From contig JANPEF010000094.1 of NCBI GenBank assembly GCA_031431875.1, forward strand, positions 1 through 58,878: a DNA stretch of 58,878 nucleotides, read 5' to 3'. The position numbers and the translations under genes are program-made. Below are positions 39,651 through 49,867 of this stretch, piece by piece (positions within the stretch are counted from its first letter, which is position 1; the number at the start of each line of letters is the position of its first letter). The stretch comes from Candidatus Eiseniibacteriota bacterium (GTDB taxonomy: Bacteria > Eisenbacteria > RBG-16-71-46 > DASYSL01). Below the pieces are notes generated by a model. That model did not search any database, was not told the DNA's origin, and saw only the letters and a program-made list of their open reading frames with translations.

Positions 39651-41144
39651 ATGACCCCACGCAAGGGTTCTGCCTTGTCGCGCCGTGTTCTCATCTCGCT
39701 CTCGGGCGGTGTTCTTGCCGTCGTCCTCGCCCTCGCCGCCGGCTGTGGCAATGGCGCCGGGGATGGCTCGCCGACGCTGGCGACGATCGGCTCCCGCCAC
39801 ATCTCGAAGTCGGACTTCGAAGCGTTCGGGCGGGATCCGCAGATCTCCCAGCCGTACCTCGGCCTGCCCGACAGCATTGCCAAGCGCACGCTGCTCGACG
39901 ACCTGCTGAGCTACGAGCTGTTCGCCGAGGCGGCGCACCGCCAGGGGCTGGACAAGGACTCGGCCTACGCACAGGTCGAGACGCAGCTCCTGCCGCGGCT
40001 GCTGCCGGACGCGCTGTACCAGGCGAAGATCGGCAAGATGATCAAGGTGAGCGAGGACGAGGCGCGACTGTTCGACGAGCAGCAAACGCACGAATACCAG
40101 GTTGGCGTCCTCATGACCTCCGATCCGGGTGCGATGAACACGCTGCTGCAGCGCCTCGACAAGGGCGAGGACTTTTCCGAGGTGGCGCGCACCGGGTCGC
40201 AGGATCCGAGCAGCGCGTCGTCCGGCGGGCGCTTGCCAGGATGGATCCTGCTCGGCCAGCTGCCGCCCGACATCGAGAAGAACGTCAAGCCGCTGGCCAA
40301 GGGCCAGCGCACGGGTCTGGTGCCGCAGCGCACCGGCACGTACGTGTTCCAGGTGTTCGACATCCGGCCGCGGGAGAACTTGAAGCCGTTCGCCGAGCGC
40401 AAGACCGAGGTGATGCAGTCGCTCGAGGCCCGCAAGCGCGGCGCCCTGGTCGACGAGTACCTGCTGGGCCTGCGCAAGTCGCACGAACTCAAGGTCGAGG
40501 GTCCGGGCTGGACCGTCATCGGCGACAAGTTCCTCGCCTTCTCCGACTCGATGGCCGCCATTGCGGTGGCGAATCCGACGGCATCCGGCTTGACCGCCGA
40601 GGACCTCGGCGCCCTGGTCGCCACGTGGCGCAATCGCAAGTACACGGTGCGCGACATGCTCGCCGACCTCGGCAAGACCGATCGCATGGAGCGCCCGCCG
40701 TTGTCGCGCGACGACCTCGTTCGCCTGTATGTCGAGGGCCACGCCATGAACGAGATCCTGGTCGCCGAGGCGAAGGCGCAGGGCATGGCCGACTCGCCCG
40801 ACGTCAAGCGCCAGGTCGCCCGGGCGCGCACCGCGTTCCTGGTCAACCGTTACCTCGAGCGCAACCTGTCGGCGTCCTCGCTCGGCTCGCCGACGACCGC
40901 CGAGCTCGATTCGGTCACCGCTGCGCTGGTCAGCGGCATGGGCGGCCCCGCCGGTGGCCCCGTTCCCACGTTTGCCCAGCTCCCCGCCGTCATCCAGCAG
41001 CAGATCGTCACCGACTGGCAGGGGCGCAAGCGGCAGGCCCTGCTCAAGACCGAGGTCGATCGCCTGAAGGCCGACATCAAGCCCGTCATCGACGAAAAGG
41101 TGTTCGCCAGCGTGCCGTGGCCCGTGCCGCCAGCGGAATCCTGA
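39651..41144 (+). CDS. parvulin-type peptidyl-prolyl isomerase lipoprotein
   Basis: GAGGAG RBS; lipobox LAAGC; GEDFSEVAR..SQD..S...GG.L. Confidence 0.75.
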   Translation: MTPRKGSALSRRVLISLSGGVLAVVLALAAGCGNGAGDGSPTLATIGSRHISKSDFEAFGRDPQISQPYLGLPDSIAKRTLLDDLLSYELFAEAAHRQGLDKDSAYAQVETQLLPRLLPDALYQAKIGKMIKVSEDEARLFDEQQTHEYQVGVLMTSDPGAMNTLLQRLDKGEDFSEVARTGSQDPSSASSGGRLPGWILLGQLPPDIEKNVKPLAKGQRTGLVPQRTGTYVFQVFDIRPRENLKPFAERKTEVMQSLEARKRGALVDEYLLGLRKSHELKVEGPGWTVIGDKFLAFSDSMAAIAVANPTASGLTAEDLGALVATWRNRKYTVRDMLADLGKTDRMERPPLSRDDLVRLYVEGHAMNEILVAEAKAQGMADSPDVKRQVARARTAFLVNRYLERNLSASSLGSPTTAELDSVTAALVSGMGGPAGGPVPTFAQLPAVIQQQIVTDWQGRKRQALLKTEVDRLKADIKPVIDEKVFASVPWPVPPAES

Positions 41145-41158
41145 GAGGAGTTTCCCCG

Positions 41159-42514
41159 ATGAGTCGTCGCATCTTGCAGTCCTCCCATCGTTCCCTGCTG
41201 CTCGCTGCCGGCGCCGCGCTGGCGACGCTGGTGGTCGCGTTCCCGGTGTCGCGCGCAGCCGCCCAGTCGGCGGCGCCGGTGCCCGCGGCCCGCGACGAGC
41301 GGATCGACGGCGTGCTGGCGACCGTCAACGACGAGGTCATCCTCGCCAGCGAGGTCGACGAGCAGCTCTACCTGTATCTCAACCAGAACCGCGCGCGCCC
41401 CGATTCGGCCGGGGTGCAGCAGCTGCGCCGCGAGATCCTCGATCGCGTGATCGAGGAGAAGGTGATCGTCAGCGAGGCCAAGCGGCAGAACATCACGCTG
41501 CCCGAGGCCGAGGTGGAGAAGAGCGTCACCGAGGCGGTCAACGACGTGAAGAAGCGCCTGGGTTCGGAGGCTGCGTTCCGCTCGGAGCTGGCGCGCGAGG
41601 GCATCACCGAGGAGGACCTGCGCAAGCGCTACCGCGAGGACGTGTCGCGGCAGATGATGGCGCAGGCGCTGCTGCGCAAGCAGCTGGGCAAGGTCGAGGT
41701 CACGCCGACCGAGGCGACGACCTACTACATCGCCCATCCGACCGAGTTTCCCAAGCGCCCGGCGGCGTTGCGCGCCCAGGTGATCCAGATTCCGGTCGAG
41801 GCCGACTCGCTGGCGAAGCGCACGGCACGCCAGCGCGCGGTCGACACGTCCGCGCGGATCAAGAAGGGTGAGCCGTTCTCGCGCCTCGCGCAGGAGCTGT
41901 CCGAGGACCAGGCGACGGCCGGCAGCGGCGGCGACCTGGGCTGGTTCAAGCGCGGCGCGCTCGACTCGACGTTCGAGAAGGCGGCGTTCAAGGTGCCGGT
42001 CGGCCAGGTCTCGGGCGTCGTCGAGACGTCGTACGGCTATCACCTGATCAAGGTCGAGGAGGCCGACGCGGCCAAGGGCGAGATCCACGCGCGCCACATC
42101 CTGTTCCGCGTCACGCCGACGGAGAAGGACGCCGCGCGCGTGCAGAAGAAGATCGAGGACGTGCGCACGCAGGCGGTGAAGGGCGTCGACTTCGGCACGC
42201 TGGCCCGGCGCTACTCGAAATACAAGGGCCCGGCCGGCCCCGACGGTGATCTCGGTTTCCTGCCGGTCACCGCGTTCACGCCCGAGTTCCGCGCCGCGCT
42301 CGACACGCTGGAGACCGGGCAGGTGAGCCCGTCCCTGCTCAACCCGCAGGGCTGGAACCTGTTCAAGATCGTGGACCGCGAGGGCGAGCGCGCCTACCGC
42401 GTCGACGAGATCCAGCAGGAGCTGCCGGACCTGGTCCGCCAGGCAAAGCTCAAGACGCAGTACGACGCGTACGTCGCCGACCTGCGCAAGAAAGCCACGA
42501 TCGAGTATCGTTAG
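41159..42514 (+). CDS. surA: SurA-like chaperone with two parvulin domains
   Basis: Signal peptide; IDGVLATVNDEVILASE; F..LA...SED.....GGDLGWF, YGYHLIK, ARHIL. Confidence 0.8.
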   Translation: MSRRILQSSHRSLLLAAGAALATLVVAFPVSRAAAQSAAPVPAARDERIDGVLATVNDEVILASEVDEQLYLYLNQNRARPDSAGVQQLRREILDRVIEEKVIVSEAKRQNITLPEAEVEKSVTEAVNDVKKRLGSEAAFRSELAREGITEEDLRKRYREDVSRQMMAQALLRKQLGKVEVTPTEATTYYIAHPTEFPKRPAALRAQVIQIPVEADSLAKRTARQRAVDTSARIKKGEPFSRLAQELSEDQATAGSGGDLGWFKRGALDSTFEKAAFKVPVGQVSGVVETSYGYHLIKVEEADAAKGEIHARHILFRVTPTEKDAARVQKKIEDVRTQAVKGVDFGTLARRYSKYKGPAGPDGDLGFLPVTAFTPEFRAALDTLETGQVSPSLLNPQGWNLFKIVDREGERAYRVDEIQQELPDLVRQAKLKTQYDAYVADLRKKATIEYR

Positions 42515-42549
42515 GTCCTGCTGAGTTCCCTTCGCGACACGGAGGCCGC

Positions 42550-43224
42550 GTGATTCGACTGACCCACGTCAGCCAGCGCTACGGCGCCCAGGTCGCACTC
42601 GATGACGTGAACTTCGAGGTGCACGCGGGCGACTTCTGCGTCGTCCTCGGGCCCAGCGGCGCCGGCAAGACGTCGCTCCTGCGACTCCTCACCATGGAAA
42701 CGCTCCCCATCTCGGGCCAGGTCCAGGTGGGGAGTTTCATTTCCGGGCGACTGGGCCGCCGGGCGCGGGCCGAGCTGCGCCGCACGCTCGGCGTCGTGTT
42801 CGAGGACTTCAAGCTGCTCGAGGACCGCGACCTGTTCGAGAACGTCGCGCTGGCCCTGCGCATCCACGGCGTCTGGGACCAGGCGACGCTCGAGAGCCGC
42901 GTCGAAGAAGCGCTGACGCAGGTCGGGCTGCCGGGGCGCGCCCGCGCGTTCCCGCGCGAACTGTCGGCCGGACAGAAGCAGCGCGCCGGCGTGGCCCGTG
43001 CGATCGTCAATCGCCCGCACCTGGTCCTCGCCGACGAGCCGACCGGCAACCTGGACCCGGCCGCGGGCGAGGAGATCCTCGACCTCCTGTTTGCCATCCA
43101 TCGCGCCGGGACGACCATCCTGCTCGCCACCAACAACCAGGACCTCGCGGCTCGTCTCGCCACGCGCGGCGCGCGGCGCGTCGAGATCAAGGACGGCGCG
43201 CTGGTCGAAGGGGGGCGCGCATGA
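42550..43224 (+). CDS. ftsE: cell division ATP-binding protein FtsE
   Basis: GPSGAGKTS, DFKLL.DR, LADEPTGNLDP; precedes ftsX; Q-loop and H-loop residues are substituted. Confidence 0.85.
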   Translation: MIRLTHVSQRYGAQVALDDVNFEVHAGDFCVVLGPSGAGKTSLLRLLTMETLPISGQVQVGSFISGRLGRRARAELRRTLGVVFEDFKLLEDRDLFENVALALRIHGVWDQATLESRVEEALTQVGLPGRARAFPRELSAGQKQRAGVARAIVNRPHLVLADEPTGNLDPAAGEEILDLLFAIHRAGTTILLATNNQDLAARLATRGARRVEIKDGALVEGGRA

Positions 43225-44078
43225 ACCGGCTGTCCTACTTCCTGGCCGAGGCGTGGCGCGGCATGTGGCACCACCGCAGCCTCACGCTCACCGCCATCGC
43301 CAGCGTGGCCGGCGCACTGCTGACCATCGGCGTGTTCCTGCTCTTCACCGCCAACGCGCAGCAGGCGCTGACGTCGTTGGGCGACCGCCGCGAACTGATC
43401 GTCTACCTGAAGGATTCCGCAGCGCTCGAGGAGGTCCAGGCGCTGCGCGCGCGCATGGAAGGCCTGTACGGCCCCGCCACGTACGTGAGCAAGCAGGAGG
43501 CGTGGGACGAGTTCGCGCGCGAGCTGGGCGGCGACGAGCTGCTCAAGGCCGTGGGCGAGAACCCGCTCCCCGCGTCGATCCGCCTGCGGTTGCGGCCCGG
43601 ATACCTCCACTTCGCGGCGATGGAGCGCATCGCCGACTCGCTCGCCGGCGAGCCCGTCGTCGAGGAGGTGCGCTTCGGTGGCGAGTGGGTGCGCCGGCTC
43701 GACCGGTTCACCGCCGGCTTGACCACGATCAACCTCGCCGTCGCGCTGGTCGTCGCCCTCGGCGTGCTGCTCGTCATCGCCAACACGATCCGCCTGACCG
43801 TCGTCGCCCGCCGCGACCTGCTGCGCATTCTGGCGCTGGTCGGCGCCGGCCCCGGCTTCCTGCGCGCGCCGCTGGTCATCGAAGGCGTGCTCGTCGCCTC
43901 GCTCGCCGCCCTCGTCGCGCTGGCGCTGCTGGCCGGCGTGTGGCTCGGGCTCGACGGCCGGCCGTTCCCGCTGGTCTACCTGCCGTGGCGCTGGGCGGCC
44001 GTGTTCGTTGCCGCCGCGGCGGCGCTGGGCTGCGCCGGGAGCTTCCTCGCGCTGGTCACCGTGAGCCGCAAGCACTGA
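43221..44078 (+). CDS. ftsX: cell division permease FtsX
   Basis: NPLPASI, IANTIRL...RR, LVGA...F.R.P..IEG; 4 TM helices. Confidence 0.9.
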   Translation: MNRLSYFLAEAWRGMWHHRSLTLTAIASVAGALLTIGVFLLFTANAQQALTSLGDRRELIVYLKDSAALEEVQALRARMEGLYGPATYVSKQEAWDEFARELGGDELLKAVGENPLPASIRLRLRPGYLHFAAMERIADSLAGEPVVEEVRFGGEWVRRLDRFTAGLTTINLAVALVVALGVLLVIANTIRLTVVARRDLLRILALVGAGPGFLRAPLVIEGVLVASLAALVALALLAGVWLGLDGRPFPLVYLPWRWAAVFVAAAAALGCAGSFLALVTVSRKH

Positions 44079-44079
44079 C

Positions 44080-45324
44080 ATGCGGCCGGCGACGATCCTC
44101 ATCGCAATCGCGCTGGCGCTGCCGCTCGTGGCGGGTCCGGCCGCCGGGTGGATCGCCAAGGCCCATGCCCAGACGGCTGCTCCCGATGCCGACGAGGACC
44201 AGCAGCGCCGCGAGCTCGAGAGCGTCCGCCGCCAGGCGGCCGAAAAGCGCAAGCGCGCCCAGGAGCTGAAGGTCCGCGAGGGCCGCGCGATCAAGGACCT
44301 GCGCTCGACCGAGCACAAGCTCACCACGACGCGCAAGAACGTCAAGCAGCTCACCGCCCGCGAGATCGAACTCGAGCGCCAGCTCGACGCCACGCGCGTC
44401 GAGCTGGAGCGCTCGCGGGCCCGCCTGGGCGATCAGCGCTCGCGCCTGGCCGAGCGCCTGCGCAACCTCTACAAGTACGGCCGGGCCCGCGAGCTCGAGT
44501 TCTTCCTCTCCGCCCAGTCGTTCGCGCAATTGCTGGCCCGCATGGACTTCCTGACGCGCGTGGCGCGGCAGGATCGGCGCATCCTGCTCGGCATCAACGA
44601 GCAGAAGGAACGCATCGAGTGGAACGAGGAACGGCTCGACGAGACACACCAGCAGGTCGACCGCACGCTCGACAAGAAGACCGAAGAGCAGAAGAAGCTC
44701 GACCGGCTGGCGAAGCAGAAGCAGCAGTCGGTGACCAGGATCTCGAGCGACCGCAAGGAGAACGAAGCCGCCGCGGCCGATCTCGAGCGCACGGCCAAGC
44801 GCATCCAGTCGCTGCTCGCCGACCTCGAGCGCCGCCGCCGCGAGGAGGAAGAACGCCGCCGCGCCCAGGCGCAGACCCCGGGCGCCGAGCCCGCGAAGCC
44901 GCTCATGCCCTACGAGGGGCAGTTCGAGCAGGGCCGCGGCCAGCTCGACTGGCCCCTGCGCGGCGAGATCGTCGGTCGCTTCGGCAACGAGAAGCACCCG
45001 CGCTTCGGCACGGTGACGTTCAACAACGGCATCGACATTCGCGCCACGCCGGGCGAGGCCGTGCACGCGGTCGCGCGCGGGCGCGTCGACTTCACGAGCG
45101 CCGACTACGGCTCGTACGGGCAGATGATCATCCTCAACCACGGCAACGGCTACTACACGCTCTACGCGCACCTGTCGAACGTGGGCGTGAGTCGCGCCCA
45201 GGAGGTGGCCGCCGGCCAGACGATCGGCGCGGCGGGGGACACCGGCTCGCTCAAGGGCACCGTCCTCCACTTCGAGATCCGCAAGGGTCGCCAGTCGGTC
45301 GACCCTCTCGGCTGGCTGCGGTGA
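44080..45324 (+). CDS. envC: EnvC-like murein hydrolase activator (coiled coil plus M23 domain)
   Basis: Signal peptide, long coiled coil, L.WP..G, NNGIDI, H..GYYTLYAHL, LHFEIR, VDP..WL. Confidence 0.85.
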   Translation: MRPATILIAIALALPLVAGPAAGWIAKAHAQTAAPDADEDQQRRELESVRRQAAEKRKRAQELKVREGRAIKDLRSTEHKLTTTRKNVKQLTAREIELERQLDATRVELERSRARLGDQRSRLAERLRNLYKYGRARELEFFLSAQSFAQLLARMDFLTRVARQDRRILLGINEQKERIEWNEERLDETHQQVDRTLDKKTEEQKKLDRLAKQKQQSVTRISSDRKENEAAAADLERTAKRIQSLLADLERRRREEEERRRAQAQTPGAEPAKPLMPYEGQFEQGRGQLDWPLRGEIVGRFGNEKHPRFGTVTFNNGIDIRATPGEAVHAVARGRVDFTSADYGSYGQMIILNHGNGYYTLYAHLSNVGVSRAQEVAAGQTIGAAGDTGSLKGTVLHFEIRKGRQSVDPLGWLR

Positions 45325-46148
45325 AACCGAGCCCGCTGGCCCGCGATCCGCACGCGCTGTACGAAGCGGCGGTGCAGGGCGTCGACTTCGACCTGACCTT
45401 CGCCGAGAAGCTGTTCCGCCACCTGCGCGGCCGCCCGCTGCGCTCGCTGCGCGACGACTTCTGCGCCACCGCCGCGCTGGCGACCGCGTTCGCACTGCGT
45501 CATCCGGAGAACGTCGGGTACGGCGTCGACCTCGATCCCGAGGCGCTGGCGTGGGCGCGACGGCACCGCCTCGCGCGGCTCGACCGCGCGGTCGTCGAGC
45601 GCGTGCGCCTCATCGAGGGAGATGTTCGCAACGCGCGCGTGCCCCGGGTCGACATGACGCTGGCGTACAACTTCTCGTACTGGGTGATGAAGTCGCGCGC
45701 CGAGCTGGTCGCGTACTTCCGCGCCGCGCGCCGCGGATTGAAGTCCGACGGCGTGTTCGTGGTCAACGCGTTCGGCGGAACGGATGCGATGCGGCCGTTG
45801 GTCGAGAGACGCCGGATCCCCGCAAAGCAGGCGCCCGACGGCTGGGCGCTGCCGCGCTTCCGCTACGTGTGGGAGCAGGAATCGTTCAACCCGATCGACC
45901 ACGCGTTTCGCTGCGCGATCCACTTCGAGTTCGACGGCGGCCGCCCCATGAAGCGCGCATTCACCTACGACTGGCGCTTCTGGACGCTGCCCGAGATCCA
46001 CGAGGCAATGCACGAGGCCGGCTTCGCCGAGACCCGCACCTACGTCGAGGCGTGGGACGACGAAGCCAGGCCGGACCTGCCGTCCGCGCGGCGCACCGTG
46101 ATGGAGCAGCAGGAGACGTGGCTGGCGCTGGTGGCGGGCATTGTCTAA
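45321..46148 (+). CDS. class I SAM-dependent methyltransferase-like protein
   Basis: LYE.AVQ, LRDDFCATA, GVDLD, A.NFSYW, YDWR.W.LPE; GTGA overlap. Confidence 0.75.
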   Translation: MKPSPLARDPHALYEAAVQGVDFDLTFAEKLFRHLRGRPLRSLRDDFCATAALATAFALRHPENVGYGVDLDPEALAWARRHRLARLDRAVVERVRLIEGDVRNARVPRVDMTLAYNFSYWVMKSRAELVAYFRAARRGLKSDGVFVVNAFGGTDAMRPLVERRRIPAKQAPDGWALPRFRYVWEQESFNPIDHAFRCAIHFEFDGGRPMKRAFTYDWRFWTLPEIHEAMHEAGFAETRTYVEAWDDEARPDLPSARRTVMEQQETWLALVAGIV

Positions 46149-46158
46149 TCTGACCGCC

Positions 46159-47295
46159 ATGCGCTTCGACGAGATCTTGGGCCAGGACCGCGCCATCGCC
46201 ACCCTGCGCGCCACGATGCGCGAGGGGCGGATCCCGAACGCCTACTTGTTCGAGGGACCGTGGGGCGTCGGCAAGACGAAGGCCGCGCTCGCGCTCGCCG
46301 CCGCGCTCGTCTGTCGCAGCGAGAGCGACGAGGCCTGCGGCGAGTGCCCCGCCTGCGTGCGCGCCGCGCGCTTCCAGCACCCCGACGTGCGCCTCTTGTT
46401 CCCCGTGATGAGCGACGAGGACGATCCCGAGTCGATCGCCGCCGTCCTTGCGGCCGTTGCCGATGACCCGCACCACGTCTTCACCTACGAGAAGGCGGCG
46501 TCGATCCGCATCGGCCTGACGCGCGACCTGCTGCGTGAGCTCGCCTACAAGCCGTACGAGGGCCGCCGCCGCGTCGTCGTCCTGCGCGACGCCGATCGCA
46601 TGCGCGAGGACCAGTACTCGGCCATGCTCAAGACGCTCGAGGAGCCCGGCGCGAGCACGCTGTGGGTGCTGACCACGTCGCGCCCCAATCGCCTGCCGCC
46701 GACGATCCGCTCGCGCTGCCTGCGCGTGCGCTTCACGCCGCTGCCCGAGGAGACGATCGAGGGCTACCTGCGCGAGCGGGCCGGCGTGGGCGCGGCGCCC
46801 GCGCGCCTGCTCGCCGCGCTCGCCGCCGGCAGCCTGTCGCGCGCGCTGACGATGCGCGGCGAGAACGTGGCCGCCCTGCGCGACGAGGCGCTGCGCCAGC
46901 TCGGCGCGGCGAACTCGGGCGACCCCTCGCGCATCCTCGCCGCCGCGAACGACGCGGCCGCGTGGTCCAACCGCGAGAAGATGCGGCGCACGCTCGAGTT
47001 CCAGTTCCTGTTGCTGCGCGACCTGCTGCGCCTGCGGCACGGCGCGTCCGAGGATGAGCTGGTCAACCGCGACCGGATCGCGGACTTGAAGCGCGTGGCG
47101 CCCGCCATCGACGTCAAGGAGATCCGTCGCCGCACCGCGCTGCTCGAGGAAGTGACCCGCGCGATCGATTCGAACGTGACGCCCGAGGCCGCGTTCTTCT
47201 CGGCTTACGCCCGCTGGGCGAAGCTCCTGCCGCAGGACGTGGCCACCCGGACCGAGGCGTGGCCTGGCTGGGCGCGGGCGGGGGTGGAATCCTGA
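46159..47295 (+). CDS. holB: DNA polymerase III delta-prime subunit
   Basis: ILGQ, AYLFEGP.GVGK, CG.CPAC...HPD, LKTLEEP, LPPTIRSRC. Confidence 0.9.
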   Translation: MRFDEILGQDRAIATLRATMREGRIPNAYLFEGPWGVGKTKAALALAAALVCRSESDEACGECPACVRAARFQHPDVRLLFPVMSDEDDPESIAAVLAAVADDPHHVFTYEKAASIRIGLTRDLLRELAYKPYEGRRRVVVLRDADRMREDQYSAMLKTLEEPGASTLWVLTTSRPNRLPPTIRSRCLRVRFTPLPEETIEGYLRERAGVGAAPARLLAALAAGSLSRALTMRGENVAALRDEALRQLGAANSGDPSRILAAANDAAAWSNREKMRRTLEFQFLLLRDLLRLRHGASEDELVNRDRIADLKRVAPAIDVKEIRRRTALLEEVTRAIDSNVTPEAAFFSAYARWAKLLPQDVATRTEAWPGWARAGVES

Positions 47296-48131
47296 ACGGT
47301 TTCCCCGCGTTCTGTCGCACCCTGGTCGCCGACCGGCGGTTCCAGGCGTTCGTCCTCGCCCTGATCGTCCTGAACGCGACGCTCATCGGCGTCGAGACCG
47401 TGCCCGGCATCGTGGCCCGTTCCCCCGCGTTCTTCGGCGCGCTCGACGCCCTCGTCCAGGCGTTGTTCGTCGCTGAGATCGCCGTGCGGATGGCCGCGCA
47501 CGGGCGGCGCGTGGACACCTACTTCCGCGACGGCTGGAACGTCTTCGATTTCTGCGTCGTCGCCCTGTCGCTCCTGCCGGTCGCAGGCCCGTTCGCGACC
47601 GTCGCGCGCCTCGCCCGCATCCTGCGCGTCGCCCGGGTGGCCACGACGCTGCCCGATCTCAGGCTCATCATCGGCACGATGCTCCGCTCGATCCCCTCGC
47701 TCGGACACGTCGTGCTCCTGCTCGGGCTCCTGTTCTACATCTACGGCGTGGTCGGCTTCCACCTGTTCGGCGCCACCGATCCCGCGCACTGGGGCTCGCT
47801 CCCGAGCGCCGCGCGGACGCTGTTCCAGATCCTCACGCTCGAGGGCTGGCTCGAGGTGGAGGCTGCCAGCCGGGCCGCGCACCCGGCGTCGTGGCTCTTC
47901 TATTCGAGCTACATCGTCGTGGCCGTCTTCGTCGTCACGAATCTGTTCATCGCGGTGGTCATCAACAACCTCGAGACCGTCCGGGCAGAGGAAGCCGCCG
48001 ACCTCGCCGGCGCGTCCGGGGCCGAGCCGACGGAGGAGGTGCGGCGGCTCGTCGCGCGGCTCCGCGCCGAGCTCGACGCGCTCGAGCGCGCGCTCGAGAC
48101 CTCCCGGGACCGCCGCCCGTCCGGCGAGTGA
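47292..48131 (+). CDS. bacterial voltage-gated Na+/Ca2+ channel (BacNav superfamily)
   Basis: FRDGWNVFDF, S4 RLARILRVAR, filter LFQILTLEGW, NLFIAVVINN, C-terminal coiled coil; start is CTG 47292 or GTG 47259. Confidence 0.9.
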   Translation: MNGFPAFCRTLVADRRFQAFVLALIVLNATLIGVETVPGIVARSPAFFGALDALVQALFVAEIAVRMAAHGRRVDTYFRDGWNVFDFCVVALSLLPVAGPFATVARLARILRVARVATTLPDLRLIIGTMLRSIPSLGHVVLLLGLLFYIYGVVGFHLFGATDPAHWGSLPSAARTLFQILTLEGWLEVEAASRAAHPASWLFYSSYIVVAVFVVTNLFIAVVINNLETVRAEEAADLAGASGAEPTEEVRRLVARLRAELDALERALETSRDRRPSGE

Positions 48132-48156
48132 CGCCGCTACCCGGCCCGCTCGAACT

Positions 48157-48180
48157 CCCGCGCCCGCGCCCGCGCCCGCG
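48157..48180 (+). repeat. (CCCGCG)4 microsatellite upstream of the metG promoter
   Basis: Four perfect hexamer copies read directly from the sequence. Confidence 0.8.
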
Positions 48181-48227
48181 CCGCTGCGACGTGACGCGCG
48201 GGCGCGCGATCGGCTAGACTGCCCCCC

Positions 48228-49853
48228 GTGTCACGCCTCTATATCACCGACGCCATCGACTACGCCAACGGCTCGCCTCACCTCGGTCACGCCTACGAGA
48301 AGGTGCTGACCGACTGCATCGCTCGCGCCCACCGGCAGGCCGGCACCGAGACGTTCTTCCTCCTCGGCACGGACGAGCACGGCCAGAAGGTCGAGCGCAC
48401 CGCGCGCAAGGAGGGCCTCGAGCCGCAGGCCTACGTCGACCGCATCGTCGCGCTCTTCCAGGACGCGTGGCGCGTGCTGCGCGTCGAGCCCGACCGCTTC
48501 GTGCGCACGACCGAGCCCGGGCATGCCGTCGCCGTGCAGGAGCTGTTCCGCCGGGCGCACGCCGCCGGCGACATCTACGAGCACGAGTACGAGGGCCTCT
48601 ACTGCCAGGGCTGCGAGGCGTTCTACCAGGAGAAGGACCTGGTCGACGGCAAGTGCCCGGTCCACGGCACCGTGCCCGAGACGGTCCGCGAGAAGAACTT
48701 CTTCTTCCGCCTGTCGAAGTACCAGCAGCCACTGCTCGACCACATCGCGGCGCACCCCGAGTTCATCCAGCCCGACATGCGCCGCAACGAGGTCGTCAAC
48801 GTGATCAAGGGCGGGCTCGAGGACATCTCGGTCTCGCGCGCCTCGGTGCCGTGGGGCGTGCCCATGCCCTCGTCGATCCCCGGCAGCGCGGGGCACACGA
48901 TCTACGTCTGGTTCGACGCGCTCATCAATTACCTGTCGGCGATCGGCTACCCCGACGAGCGTTTCCGCCAGTGGTGGTGCGATCCGCCGGGCGGCGACGG
49001 GCCCAACGCGGTGCACGTGATCGGCAAGGACATCAGCCGCTTCCACTGCATCATCTGGCCGGCCATGCTGCTTTCGGCGGGCCTCCCGGTGCCACGCAGC
49101 GTGTTCGTGCACGGCTTCATCTACGCCAAGGGCGTCAAGCTGTCGAAATCGCTGGGCAACCAGATCGACCCGGTGGCGACGAGCGAGCGCTTCGGCGCCG
49201 ACGCGCTGCGTTGGTACCTGAGCCGCGAGGTCTCCTTCGGCGCCGATGGCGACTTCACGTGGGAGCGCTTCGTCGAGCGCTTCAACACGGACCTGGCGAA
49301 CGACTACGGGAACCTCCTGTCGCGCGCGTGCTCGATGCTGCACAAGTATCGCGGCGGCGTCGTGCCCGCGGCGTGGACGCCGACCGGGCTGGAGGAGGAG
49401 ATCCGCTCGCTCGCCGCGACTCGGGCCGGCGAGGTGCGCGAGGCGTACGCCGCGTTCCAGCCCTCCGAGGCGCTGGCCGCCGCGTGGTCGCTGGTCTCGC
49501 GGGCGAACCTGTACGTCGAGGAGACGAAGCCCTGGGCGCTGGCGAAGGAGGAGAAGGTCGGCGGCGAGGGCGGGGCCGCCGCGGCCGCGCGGCTCGACAC
49601 CGTGCTCGCGACGCTGCTCGAGGTCGGCCGTCTGGCGACGCGCTGGGCGTGGCCGGCGATCCCGACGAAGGCCGAGGAGGCCTGGCGCGGGCTCGCGCTT
49701 GCGGGTACGCCGGGCGATGCCGCGCCGCACGCCGACACCTGGTTCGGCGGGGGCACCGTGCCGCCGGGCGCCGGAACGACGCTGCCGCCGGTGACGATCC
49801 TGTTCCCGCGCCTCGATGCCGAGAAGCTGGGTACACTCGCCGCGGGGTCCTGA
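48228..49853 (+). CDS. metG: methionine--tRNA ligase (no C-terminal tRNA-binding domain)
   Basis: YANG.PHLGH, GTDEHGQK, YVWFDAL.NY, IGKDI.RFH, KLSKSLGN, LFPR. Confidence 0.95.
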   Translation: MSRLYITDAIDYANGSPHLGHAYEKVLTDCIARAHRQAGTETFFLLGTDEHGQKVERTARKEGLEPQAYVDRIVALFQDAWRVLRVEPDRFVRTTEPGHAVAVQELFRRAHAAGDIYEHEYEGLYCQGCEAFYQEKDLVDGKCPVHGTVPETVREKNFFFRLSKYQQPLLDHIAAHPEFIQPDMRRNEVVNVIKGGLEDISVSRASVPWGVPMPSSIPGSAGHTIYVWFDALINYLSAIGYPDERFRQWWCDPPGGDGPNAVHVIGKDISRFHCIIWPAMLLSAGLPVPRSVFVHGFIYAKGVKLSKSLGNQIDPVATSERFGADALRWYLSREVSFGADGDFTWERFVERFNTDLANDYGNLLSRACSMLHKYRGGVVPAAWTPTGLEEEIRSLAATRAGEVREAYAAFQPSEALAAAWSLVSRANLYVEETKPWALAKEEKVGGEGGAAAAARLDTVLATLLEVGRLATRWAWPAIPTKAEEAWRGLALAGTPGDAAPHADTWFGGGTVPPGAGTTLPPVTILFPRLDAEKLGTLAAGS

Positions 49854-49867
49854 GCGATGCGCGGAAA

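Noticed and set aside
48157..48180. Phase-variable control of metG by (CCCGCG)4
   Set aside because: Only four copies in very GC-rich DNA, lying upstream of the promoter spacer.
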